Shown here: positions 1 through 8,169 of the stretch, piece by piece | Position numbering within the stretch: the stretch's first letter is position 1 | Layout of the letters: each line of letters starts with the position of its first letter | Source: Synechococcus sp. | GTDB lineage: Bacteria > Cyanobacteriota > Cyanobacteriia > PCC-6307 > Cyanobiaceae | Direction of reading: 5' to 3' | NCBI GenBank assembly: GCA_047284725.1 | Contig: JBJBEO010000001.1 | Coordinates: 544,001-608,000 of the forward strand | Length of the DNA: 64,000 nucleotides | Position numbers and translations under genes: made by a program | Notes under the pieces: generated by a model | The model's database searches: none | The model's input: only the letters and a program-made list of their open reading frames with translations | What the model was told of the DNA's origin: nothing

Positions 1-1
1 C

Positions 2-427
2 GACAGCTACGGCCACGACGCCGGTGATCATGTGATCCGTCAGGTGTCCGACTTGCTCTCTCGCTTGGTACGCAGTGACGATCTGGTGGGACGCTTGGGC
101 GGTGATGAGTTCGTTCTGCTGTTACAGATGCCGAACAAGACGGCAACCCAAAAGCTGGAGTGCATCCTTGAGCAGTTAGGGAGTACTGACGCAGAAGTGT
201 GCGAAAGCAAGTCGGTCACCATCAGCATTTCTGTGGGAATGGCCAGCAGCAGCGGCCATGCCGCTTACGAGCTCAGCGCGCTCTTGAAAGCTGCCGACGC
301 GGCTCTCTATGTGGCCAAGGACCGTGGCCGCTCCCAGGTGGTGAACCTAGAGATAGAACAGGAGCATTCCAAGGGGGGGCGTCGCAGACCCTTGCGTCAG
401 AGCGATTGGGAAATCCGTGGAGCCTGA
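2..427 (+). CDS. Diguanylate cyclase (GGDEF domain), 5'-partial
   Basis: Frame is open from position 2: DSYGHDAGDHVI...RSDDLVGRLGGDEF...AADAALYVAKDRGR. GGDEF and the RxxD I-site are intact. Confidence 0.92.
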   Translation, partial: DSYGHDAGDHVIRQVSDLLSRLVRSDDLVGRLGGDEFVLLLQMPNKTATQKLECILEQLGSTDAEVCESKSVTISISVGMASSSGHAAYELSALLKAADAALYVAKDRGRSQVVNLEIEQEHSKGGRRRPLRQSDWEIRGA

Positions 428-848
428 GGAGACTCCCTTCCTTTAGTCGGCTACACAATCTCCCTGGCATTGCTGCCCTTAGTAGACCTCTTAGTGAGAC
501 ACCTTTGTGAAGTCACTTGCTGCGATAGCTCAAGATGTGTTGCTTCTGAGCCGTCAAAAATTGATGCAACTGCCGTGAGGCTTATGCAATCACTTTCGAA
601 GGCGGTGAAAGCAAAGCAGGTGGCATGCGACATAGCGTGTGCCCATCATCGAGTCTGCGCACATGGCAAAGACGCTCTTTTGTGAAGGCCCGTCGTCGAT
701 GACGTGGCGGCATCGAATTTTGAAAACCCATGGCAGTACAGGCTGACCAGATTGTGAGAAGAACAAGGCGGGTCATCAATAGCCATCGTCCTCGCTGAAT
801 TGACTATCGAATTGATTGCGCTGGATCCGCTACCCCTGCATGGGGACA

Positions 849-1204
849 TCATGTGATCTCAAAGTGCCTCTTGATGCAGGCACGTTTCGGTTTGAAAGGG
901 GTGCATTGCTCTCTTTCGTTTCGAGCCAAGCACAGCTGCTGGCTACTGAGATACCTCGGTGAACATCGGACCCACCCGGTCTTGAGCATCGCCTGCCACG
1001 CCTCAATGGCGTTGTGCCTGAGCATCCGCCTCACGACAGGTTGCCCACCACCACGTAGCGGCCTGGTCTCCACCTCAACCCACTTGGCATGGGCTGAGGC
1101 CAACGCATTCCGGAAGCAGACCACCTTCTGCTCCTGTTCATTCAGCAGCCAACCTTCCCCATTTATCTGAGGGTGTGGTTCAGGGTGCTGGCTCTTGCGT
1201 TCGC
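849..1204 (-). pseudogene. DUF1651-like gene, copy 1 (start altered, 3' frameshift read-through)
   Basis: GWLLN..QKVVCF...RRMLRHNAIEAWQAMLKTGWVRCSPR is nearly identical to 8170-8433. A 1-nt deletion (tctcagtag vs tctcaagtag) shifts the stop out of frame. Confidence 0.7.
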
Positions 1205-1209
1205 ACCGA

Positions 1210-1266
1210 TCAGAACCCGCCAGGCTCGTTCGGCTTCTCACCTGACTCGAACGTGGTGCGGAGCAT
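1210..1266 (-). pseudogene. Internally deleted copy of the 6437-6787 secreted-protein gene
   Basis: MLRTT fused in frame to FESGEKPNEPGGF; both ends match 6437-6787. Confidence 0.8.
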
Positions 1267-1271
1267 GGGTT

Positions 1272-1427
1272 TCAGTCTTGGTTGACGGTGAGGCCAATCG
1301 CCTAGAAATGATCGAGCACGGTGCTCACAGCTGCAAGCACCTGCTTGGCGCGTGCCAGCGTCTCGGCAGGGCCTTGGCCCCGGCTGATGCACCGGTTGAG
1401 ATTGCTGCGGGTGACCTGTTGCTGCTG
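1272..1427 (-). pseudogene. Decayed small ORF (QQQQVTRSNLNRCISRGQGPAETLARAKQVLAAVSTVLDHF*AIGLTVNQD)
   Basis: Homologous to 6273-6431, with an internal TAG at 1302-1304 and no start codon. Confidence 0.55.
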
Positions 1428-1454
1428 CGATCAGCGTTGAAGGGGATTGGTTGA

Positions 1455-1589
1455 TTTCTGCGCAGGAGAGCACCAGCCCCCTTAGGCGAAGAGGCCGGTG
1501 CTCTGTGGGACCCCTCTATGCCCTCAAGGCCCCACAGGTGAATCAACTCCCGACTCATGAGGGATCGATACCCCTAAGTGGGGACATTG
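1455..1589 (-). repeat. ~135-bp repeated element, copy 1 (candidate structured RNA 1463-1552 plus conserved upstream block)
   Basis: Aligns with 1883-2014 and 6114-6245; stems are conserved. Confidence 0.85.
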
Positions 1590-1804
1590 ATCTGTATTGA
1601 GGGAGCCGTGTTGAGAGCCTGAGAAAGATCATCAAATTGATGGATTCGGCATGCATCTGATTTAGAAAACTCTGAATCAGATGCGCAAAGTCGCCTCACT
1701 AGTAAGTCCTTGTCGACATCTGAAAGAGAACCATCTGGAGACCATTTCAGGCAGGTCCTGCCGATGCAAGTGTCGTCTGTTGTTCCTTTAGAGATCAGGG
1801 TCAT
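1574..1804 (-). CDS. Small hypothetical protein
   Basis: 76-aa ATG ORF (CIGRTCLKWSPDGSLS..DLLVRRL) resembling small picocyanobacterial hypotheticals. Confidence 0.55.
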   Translation of the reverse strand: MTLISKGTTDDTCIGRTCLKWSPDGSLSDVDKDLLVRRLCASDSEFSKSDACRIHQFDDLSQALNTAPSIQINVPT

Positions 1805-1882
1805 TTACACCTCCCTTGCCTTGTGTCCAACTTGGGACAGCGATCTCCATTGCAGATACCCCCTAACGAGGACGTTTGCTCC

Positions 1883-2014
1883 TGCATGAGAGCACCAGCC
1901 CCCGGAAGGGAGAGGGCAAGTGCTCCATGGGGCTCTCGTTCTCTCACCAAGAACCCAACAAAAGGACTCAACTCCTGATCCATGAGGGATCGATACCCCT
2001 TGGTGGGGACAATG
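1883..2014 (-). repeat. ~135-bp repeated element, copy 2 (candidate structured RNA 1885-1977)
   Basis: Shares gagagcaccagccccc, tcaactcc and catgagggatcgatacccct..gtggggaca with copy 1. Confidence 0.85.
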
Positions 2015-2062
2015 AGAGGGCTGAGGGTCAGGTCCTGGTTGACCGAGATTCTCCAGAGGCGC

Positions 2063-2093
2063 AAAAAAAAAACGCCCCTGGCTCACAGGGGCG
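2063..2093 (-). terminator. Rho-independent terminator
   Basis: Minus strand cgcccctg-tgagc-caggggcg followed by a long T run. Confidence 0.8.
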
Positions 2094-2300
2094 CTTCAAT
2101 CGCTATTTGTCTGACGTGTTCAGTAGCCAAGACCGTCCAGGCTGTCGGTTCCGAACATGGTGACTTCACGTTCATCGTTGAAGGGGATTGGTTGAGGTCA
2201 GGGCATGGCCGTGATTTTTGATCTTTTGTGGTTGTCGGTCATGATCAGATCCTGCAGTGCTGGGCGGCCATGGCCTTAGTTCACAGGTGACAGACCTCGA

Positions 2301-3389
2301 TCAAGACATAGAGAAAGCAGAAGGGTCCGGAAGGACACGCCAAGCCTCTAACTCCATGGCAAATGCCGCATGGCGCTGAATCGCATCATCCATGAACAAA
2401 GCGACACGGATCGATGCAGCATCGCTTGAGGCAAAACCATGCATGGCGTCACCAGCCGTCATACACCGAAGAGCCGCCAACCTCCAGTCGCGCCAAGCAT
2501 CGTCAAGTCTGTAATGACAGATGCCGCGTTCAATCAGAACAGCATGCCAAGCCTGAACAAGATCCTCGTAACGCCCCTGCCTTTGCGCAACAGGCGTACT
2601 TCCTCCCACTAAAAAGGCCACATCAAGGGCGGCGAGTCCACGGGCAGCCCACGACCAGTCAAGGATGACCGACTTAGGCGCAGCAGCATCAGTATCGAAC
2701 AACAGATTATCCGCCCTGAGATCACCGTGAATCAGAGTCCATTGAGATTCAGATAGAGCTTTATTAATCGCATCACTTTGCTCAAGCACACAAGAATAGA
2801 GCTTGCAGACTTCCGAACCAAATCTCACCCCATACGTCGCGAAAAAATCCTCAACAATCTCTTGCTTGGGCGCCCCAAACCACAGACCGTGGTGGGGCAA
2901 CCAATCGTGGTCTACCAAAGCATCATCCATCCAAAATTCTGCATGAATTGCCGCCATATTCTTTACAGCAGACAGCGTTTGTTCGTAGGTCAGACCCACC
3001 ACTTGATCGCCAGCCTTCAGATCCGAAAGATCCTCCATCAACAACCAAGCGGGGGCCTCTCCACTGCTGGCGTACACGACAGGCTGGTAGCCCTTCAGCC
3101 GCGGCGTGCAATGTTGATAAACACCAACCTCACGCTGAAAAGCATTGTTCAAACGACTGAGTTCGTTGAACATTGGATCAGCTGTTTCACTCTTTAGGAT
3201 GAGTGTTGATGGGCACTCATTCGCAGACTCCGCTTCAAGACTGAGACGCCAAGCTGTTGACTGAAGACCGCGTCCATCGCCAAGACGATCGGCCTGCAAA
3301 GCCTTGACCCTGCAGCCAAGCGCATCACCAATCCATTCGGGCTCTGGCGCCCTCACAATCGAAGGATCGAAGATGCTGCCATCAACCAT
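2301..3389 (-). CDS. APH/choline-kinase-like phosphotransferase
   Basis: LILK, LLMEDL, LIHGDLRADNLLF and ILDW motifs. Confidence 0.85.
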   Translation of the reverse strand: MVDGSIFDPSIVRAPEPEWIGDALGCRVKALQADRLGDGRGLQSTAWRLSLEAESANECPSTLILKSETADPMFNELSRLNNAFQREVGVYQHCTPRLKGYQPVVYASSGEAPAWLLMEDLSDLKAGDQVVGLTYEQTLSAVKNMAAIHAEFWMDDALVDHDWLPHHGLWFGAPKQEIVEDFFATYGVRFGSEVCKLYSCVLEQSDAINKALSESQWTLIHGDLRADNLLFDTDAAAPKSVILDWSWAARGLAALDVAFLVGGSTPVAQRQGRYEDLVQAWHAVLIERGICHYRLDDAWRDWRLAALRCMTAGDAMHGFASSDAASIRVALFMDDAIQRHAAFAMELEAWRVLPDPSAFSMS

Positions 3390-3827
3390 TCACGGGCTCG
3401 TCAACTGGGATCAAGTTAGCCTCACCATCCAAGAGAAGCCGCCCGTCAGAACAGGGGTGATACAAGCACAACCAATCAACACAATTCACAGAGGTCCACA
3501 GAAGGTAGGCAGCTCAACTTGCGGGCCACTATGGTTCTGAACAGACTACGCATAACTTTCCAACGCCATGAATCCGTGAAAGCAACACGAAACTGCTAGG
3601 GATTGTCCGCAAACAATTGGCTGTCATTGCTGATTACAGGACAGGCAGAAGCTGGCATTAGTTACCAGCTTCTATCTGCAGTCGCTGCCAGTAACCGTCT
3701 GAACTAGGGCGGCATTCTTGCGCCTGGGTTGGGCGCCCGATGGCATCAAAGTAGTTGGCGCGGACTAACTCCCAGCGAGAAGCCATGTGGAGCTGGTCAG
3801 CGGTGCAGATGTATTAACGTCTTGCTA

Positions 3828-4055
3828 TCAGTCAACCTCCAGCCGACAGGCGGCAATGGCAATGGCAATGTTGATTAACTTGCACGCCTTGGACAGCTCA
3901 CGTTGAGCGGCAATCAGATTGCGTGCATTGGCTGCATTTAGCTCAGTGTTCTGCAAGATGTCTTCCAGGTCTGACAGTGCAGCTTCTGCCGTGGGGAGGA
4001 TTTTCTGAGAGAGCTGAATCGATAGCTCTCGGTAGTTAGCTGGGTGTCGTTTCAT
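3828..4055 (-). CDS. Hypothetical helical protein
   Basis: ORF from MKRHPANYRE; start chosen at the ATG. Confidence 0.45.
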   Translation of the reverse strand: MKRHPANYRELSIQLSQKILPTAEAALSDLEDILQNTELNAANARNLIAAQRELSKACKLINIAIAIAACRLEVD

Positions 4056-4306
4056 TGTTGGAACCCCGCCGAAGCGGGGCGTGATGGTGTTCAGGCGAGG
4101 CAATAACGGCGTGCAGTGGTCTGAGAGATGTGCAGGCGTTCAGCGATGACGCGATAGGTGTGGCCGCGTTTGCGCCAGCGGCGGGCTTTCAGCTGTGGGC
4201 TCTCTGTGAGCCAGAGCAGGAAGACGATCGGCAGCAACAGTGCAACTGGCAAGCAGCATCACCAGCCGTCTTTTCAGTATCTGAATCGACAAGCGAACAA
4301 GACCTA

Positions 4307-4699
4307 GTGATCAAACGGCTGCTCTCCCTAATGGCAGTGCTGCTCGCCAGTTGCACTGCTGCTGCTGGACCGTACCCCGAGGTGCAGATCGCTCGTTGCT
4401 ACGACGGCGATACCTGCACCAGCACCACCGGAGAGAAGATCCGACTGGCCTGCATCGATACGCCAGAGCTCCAGGGGCGCAATGCTGATCCGATTCCAGC
4501 GAAAGCTGCACGGGACTATCTGCGTGGCTACCTGAAAGGGAAGACCATCACCATCCGCCGGATCGATACCGATCGCTATGGCCGCACCGTGGCGGAGCTG
4601 TTTGCTGATGGCGTGAACGTCCAGCAACAGTTGGTTGCGAGCGGACATGCAGAGATCTACCGCCGTTACGCAAAACCGTGCGAATGGGTCAATCACTGA
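4307..4699 (+). CDS. Thermonuclease (SNase-like), probable exported protein or lipoprotein
   Basis: DGDT, IRLACIDTPE and DRYGRTVA motifs; N-terminal signal LLASC; GTG start chosen. Confidence 0.9.
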   Translation: MIKRLLSLMAVLLASCTAAAGPYPEVQIARCYDGDTCTSTTGEKIRLACIDTPELQGRNADPIPAKAARDYLRGYLKGKTITIRRIDTDRYGRTVAELFADGVNVQQQLVASGHAEIYRRYAKPCEWVNH

Positions 4700-4838
4700 G
4701 TCGCAACAACATCACTGCTGTAGACCCCACCCGCGACTCCACTGCCCCCTCCAGTTGATCCAGCTCTGACACGACCCGCAAGCACAACTGTTCAACGCAG
4801 AGCATCAGAAGCGATGGCAGACCATCAACCAGGTTCGG

Positions 4839-5051
4839 CTACTTGCGCCCAGCAATTGCGTCGGTTATGTCATCGATAATTTGACAAAAATTTGTGGAAG
4901 CAAAGGGGGGGAATTCGCAATTCCATGCCGATAAAGCAAAATAAGCCTCAGCCTTCTGTCGCTTATCAAGGTTTGCAGATGCTGGCGATGCCAAGCTGAT
5001 TGCCAACAAAGCAGCAGCTCCAACGCTAGTGAGCGCTTTAGAACGACGCAT
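4839..5051 (-). CDS. Small secreted hypothetical protein
   Basis: 70 aa with a classic signal peptide ending ASA. Confidence 0.55.
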   Translation of the reverse strand: MRRSKALTSVGAAALLAISLASPASANLDKRQKAEAYFALSAWNCEFPPFASTNFCQIIDDITDAIAGRK

Positions 5052-5270
5052 GATGTGGCCCTTTAATACCTAGCCTTGTTTAGCTGAGTGTGCTCTTTCT
5101 CGGCAACGAGGTGTGTTTGGCTGTAGAAGACCTTCCCCCCTCTGGTTGCCTTTCTCAGTCGTATGCCATCGACTCTGGTGAGTGTGGCCACGCAGGGTTC
5201 ACCCGTGAGATAATGAGGTCATCGACAGGGCAGCCACAGGCGCCGGTCGATCACCACAGCATTCAATCCA

Positions 5271-5426
5271 ATGACCAACGCCGAACGCGCGGTGGTCCTC
5301 TACGAGCTCTACACGAAGCTCGATGAGTTGATCACCGCTGAGGAGATGGAAACCTTCCCATTCCTCGAACATCTTGCCGACCTCATTGAAGATCTGGAGG
5401 GGGAACCCCCGCCTTCGTCGTCTTAA
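5271..5426 (+). CDS. Small acidic hypothetical protein (51 aa, not in ORF track)
   Basis: MTNAERAVVLYELYTKLDELITAEEMETFPFLEHLADLIEDLEGEPPPSSS, with host-like codon usage. Confidence 0.55.
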   Translation: MTNAERAVVLYELYTKLDELITAEEMETFPFLEHLADLIEDLEGEPPPSSS

Positions 5427-5702
5427 TCAGCTTGTTGGGAACTCAACCTGATCAACAGGAAAGGTTGAATTTTGGCATTTTTCGACCCATTTAACCTTTC
5501 GAATAATATCGTCAGTGCCTCTAATAGGGAGAGGCCAGTCGGCTTTCGCTCTAGCCCAACAAGGTCTTTGACGATCAAATCTCCTCATATTGAGCTGCTC
5601 TTGCTGAATGACTGTCCAGCCCAGCCATACGGAAGGGGGGGCGATGACAATGGTCCAGGCAAAAATGACGAAATTCTTGGTGGTCTTATCCATGTAGCCC
5701 AC
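5427..5702 (-). CDS. Hypothetical membrane-anchored protein
   Basis: 91-aa ORF with an N-terminal hydrophobic segment. Confidence 0.5.
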   Translation of the reverse strand: MGYMDKTTKNFVIFAWTIVIAPPSVWLGWTVIQQEQLNMRRFDRQRPCWARAKADWPLPIRGTDDIIRKVKWVEKCQNSTFPVDQVEFPTS

Positions 5703-5740
5703 TCTGCACCGGTCCTGATGCGAGTGACACCCTCGCCTTC

Positions 5741-5769
5741 AGCTCGTCGGGCTCATAACCCGAAGGTCG
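5741..5769 (+). other. tRNA-Met(CAT, initiator-type) fragment, probable att-site scar
   Basis: agctcgtcgggctcataacccgaaggtcg matches the 3' D-stem, the anticodon arm (GGG/CCC stem, CAT) and the variable loop of bacterial tRNA-fMet. Confidence 0.8.
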
Positions 5770-5770
5770 A

Positions 5771-6085
5771 TCAGGCGGCTTTGACAGCAATGGATCGCTC
5801 AACGGTCCACAGGGTGCGATTGCGCTGGCGGTGCTTGCCGAAGCGATACCCGAACGCCTCATCACCATCAGCGAAGCCATCGATGCCTTTGACCCCCAAG
5901 GCAGTCAGCTCATCAGTGGTGAGCACCAGGGCGTGATCAGCAGCGTCGGCAAGACCCTTCGCTCGCTTCAAGGGATCAGACGATGCGGCCTGCTGTTGCC
6001 CCATCACTGACGCCATCACAGACATCAGTGCAGCGGTGTCTGGCGGGACAATCCCGGACTGTTCAGGACCGTTTAAAAGCGTCAT
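5771..6085 (-). CDS. Hypothetical protein, possibly 5'-truncated
   Basis: 104-aa ORF with strong coding codon usage, beginning right at the 6087 repeat. Confidence 0.55.
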   Translation of the reverse strand: MTLLNGPEQSGIVPPDTAALMSVMASVMGQQQAASSDPLKRAKGLADAADHALVLTTDELTALGVKGIDGFADGDEAFGYRFGKHRQRNRTLWTVERSIAVKAA

Positions 6086-6113
6086 CTCAGCCGATCCCCT
6101 TCAGCGCTGATCG

Positions 6114-6245
6114 CAATGTCCCCACCTAGGGGTATCGATTCCTCATTGGTCGGGAGTTGAGTCCTTTTGTGGGGCTTTGACAGACGGAGCCCCATAGAGC
6201 ACTTGCCCTCATGAGCCCGGGGGCTGGTGCTCTCCTGCGCAGAAA
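6114..6245 (+). repeat. ~135-bp repeated element, copy 3 (candidate structured RNA 6151-6237)
   Basis: Reverse-complement homolog of 1455-1589 and 1883-2014. Confidence 0.85.
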
Positions 6246-6272
6246 TCAGCCGATCCCCTTCAACGCTGATCG

Positions 6273-6431
6273 CAGAAGCAACAGCAGATCACCCGCAGCA
6301 ATCTCTACCGGTGCATCCGCCGGGGCTAAGGCCCTGCCGAGACGCTGGCACGCGCCAAACAGGTGCTTGCATCCGTGAGCACTGTGCTCGATCATTCCGA
6401 GGCGATTGGCCTCATCAACAACCAAGACTGA
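6273..6431 (+). pseudogene. Decayed small ORF, twin of 1272-1427
   Basis: QKQQQITRSNLYRCIRRG*GPAETLARAKQVLASVSTVLDHSEAIGLINNQD, with an internal TAA at 6327-6329. Confidence 0.55.
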
Positions 6432-6436
6432 AACCC

Positions 6437-6787
6437 ATGCTCCGCACCACACTCACCGCCATCGCATCCACGGCTGCGCTGATCGCTGTCAGCGAACCGA
6501 TGGATCCACCAGTGGCCCAGGCCGACACCGTGAAGGATGCGCTCTGCGTCCTTTCCCGCCACGACGACTCCATCCCCAGGGAGGAGTTCCGCTGCGACTT
6601 CACCCAGACCATGGGCGGCGCTTATGTCGACAGCACGCGCTGGGCATTCATCTTTCCCCACTCCGAGCAGGACAAAACCTTCAGTCGGCAGAACACCGAA
6701 GATTTCATTCGCTGGACCCGTGAAGGTCAATACACACTGACCCTGTTCCAAAGCGGAGAGAAGCCAAACGAGCCCGGCGGGTTCTGA
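6437..6787 (+). CDS. Secreted hypothetical protein (116 aa)
   Basis: MLRTTLTAIASTAALIAV..AQA signal peptide, two Cys, strong codon bias. Confidence 0.75.
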   Translation: MLRTTLTAIASTAALIAVSEPMDPPVAQADTVKDALCVLSRHDDSIPREEFRCDFTQTMGGAYVDSTRWAFIFPHSEQDKTFSRQNTEDFIRWTREGQYTLTLFQSGEKPNEPGGF

Positions 6788-6852
6788 TCGGTTGGAACGT
6801 AAGAGCCAGCTCAGGTTCTGCAAATCACTGATCAAGGCTTCAATCAGACACT

Positions 6853-6881
6853 AAAAAAGCCCCGCCGAAGGGCAGGGCTTT
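6853..6881. terminator. Rho-independent terminator (mainly for the minus strand)
   Basis: aaaaaagccccgcc-gaag-ggcagggcttt between convergent genes. Confidence 0.75.
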
Positions 6882-6904
6882 GCGGGTCTTGATAAGGCAG
6901 CGCC

Positions 6905-8017
6905 TTACACAATTAGGAAGCCATTGACAACATCGTAGGTGTTGCCGAATTCGAGAGCAACTGCGCCCATTTCATTCACATCGTCATTTTGATCAATGGT
7001 GCCGCTAATGCCGCTAATCAGTTCAAAGTTACGGATAATCATACGGCCCCCCGAACCGTCGACGAGGTAGGGAGACCCTCCGTTTTGGCCATCGACATAG
7101 CTATAAGTACCATTACCGAGCACAATTTTGTCTTTAGTGCCTGCAACTTCTCCGTCTCTTACAAACCCGTCACCGTCGAATCTAATCCCGGAGCTAAAAC
7201 CATCTCCAATCAAGGTGTCGTTGTCTGCGCCAAGATAAATACGCCCGAACCCTTCGAAACCGCCAGTAAGTGCATCGACCGTATCATTGCCTGCGCCCGT
7301 AATAATAGTATTTCTAGAAAAAGTGAAGGAAATCCCGGCGTCGTCACTGGTGCTAACACCAGTAATTGAATCGTCGCCGCTACCGGTTCTGATAAATCCT
7401 CGGGTAAGGCTGATCCCAGTCGCCCCCTCTCCGTAAATTGAATTATTTCCGTCGCCCAATTGTATGTTTGAACGATCTAAATATACCCCGACAGCTCCAC
7501 CCGTTCCGTTAACCGAATCATTGCCATCTTCGGCTAGAAGGAGAAGGCCCGAACTTTCCAGATTAATTCCATGACTTCCACCTGTTCCATTGATTGAGTT
7601 ATTTCCATTGCCCATGTCTATTAGTGATAATTTTGCTGATACCCCATAGACTCCCCCTTCTCCATTAATCGTATCGTTGCCATTGCCAGTAGTAAGCGCG
7701 GACTCAATTAGGTATACACCATTGAGTTCACCAACACCAACAAATGTATCGCTTCTGTCGCCTGTAATCAGTCTAGATCTAACTAATAGGATGCCATCAT
7801 CTTCAAGCAGAACGTTTCCTTCGGAATCTTCTTCGCCATTGCCGACAATGGTTACTTTTTTGTTTAGCGACCCAGCCTGCCCTCCCCCAGTGACTGGATC
7901 AGTACTAGTTGTGTCCAATACTTGACCATCCAGCACCCAAGAGCTTGCTTTCAATGATGCACGGCTTTGAGGGGAAAGCTCTTGGAATGCTTTCAGAAGA
8001 TCAAAATGATCGGACAT
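6905..8017 (-). CDS. Gly/Asn/Asp-rich repeat protein, RTX/hemolysin-type Ca-binding-like
   Basis: Repeats TGNGNDTING, MGNGNNSING, LGDGNNSIYG, TGSGDDSITG, TGAGNDTVD and LGADNDTLIG; lower GC than the host; start uncertain. Confidence 0.75.
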   Translation of the reverse strand: MSDHFDLLKAFQELSPQSRASLKASSWVLDGQVLDTTSTDPVTGGGQAGSLNKKVTIVGNGEEDSEGNVLLEDDGILLVRSRLITGDRSDTFVGVGELNGVYLIESALTTGNGNDTINGEGGVYGVSAKLSLIDMGNGNNSINGTGGSHGINLESSGLLLLAEDGNDSVNGTGGAVGVYLDRSNIQLGDGNNSIYGEGATGISLTRGFIRTGSGDDSITGVSTSDDAGISFTFSRNTIITGAGNDTVDALTGGFEGFGRIYLGADNDTLIGDGFSSGIRFDGDGFVRDGEVAGTKDKIVLGNGTYSYVDGQNGGSPYLVDGSGGRMIIRNFELISGISGTIDQNDDVNEMGAVALEFGNTYDVVNGFLIV

Positions 8018-8169
8018 TAAAAAACAGTAACTAGCTTCAAACTTCGTCGGCAGGCGCTTGGTTTGTCTTAAGTCCTCATGAGAATCGGGTGAGCGTATTT
8101 CTTGCGTTTCTATCTGACTCATTTCCAGATCGGTTACAAGACATGCGAGAGAGAGCAGTGTTCTGATCG

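Noticed and set aside
1325..1558. ORF running through repeat copy 1 (and 1801-2064 through copy 2) as real genes
   Set aside because: The frame is not kept in copy 3, and the variation follows base-pairing rather than codons.
1455..6245. Repeated element as a hammerhead ribozyme, CRISPR repeat or MITE
   Set aside because: It has no CUGANGA/GAAA core, no regular repeat-spacer period, no cas genes and no terminal inverted repeats.
6227..6436. 5' extension of the 6227-6787 ORF
   Set aside because: The signal peptide starts at ATG 6437; the extension overlaps the repeat and a pseudogene in another frame.
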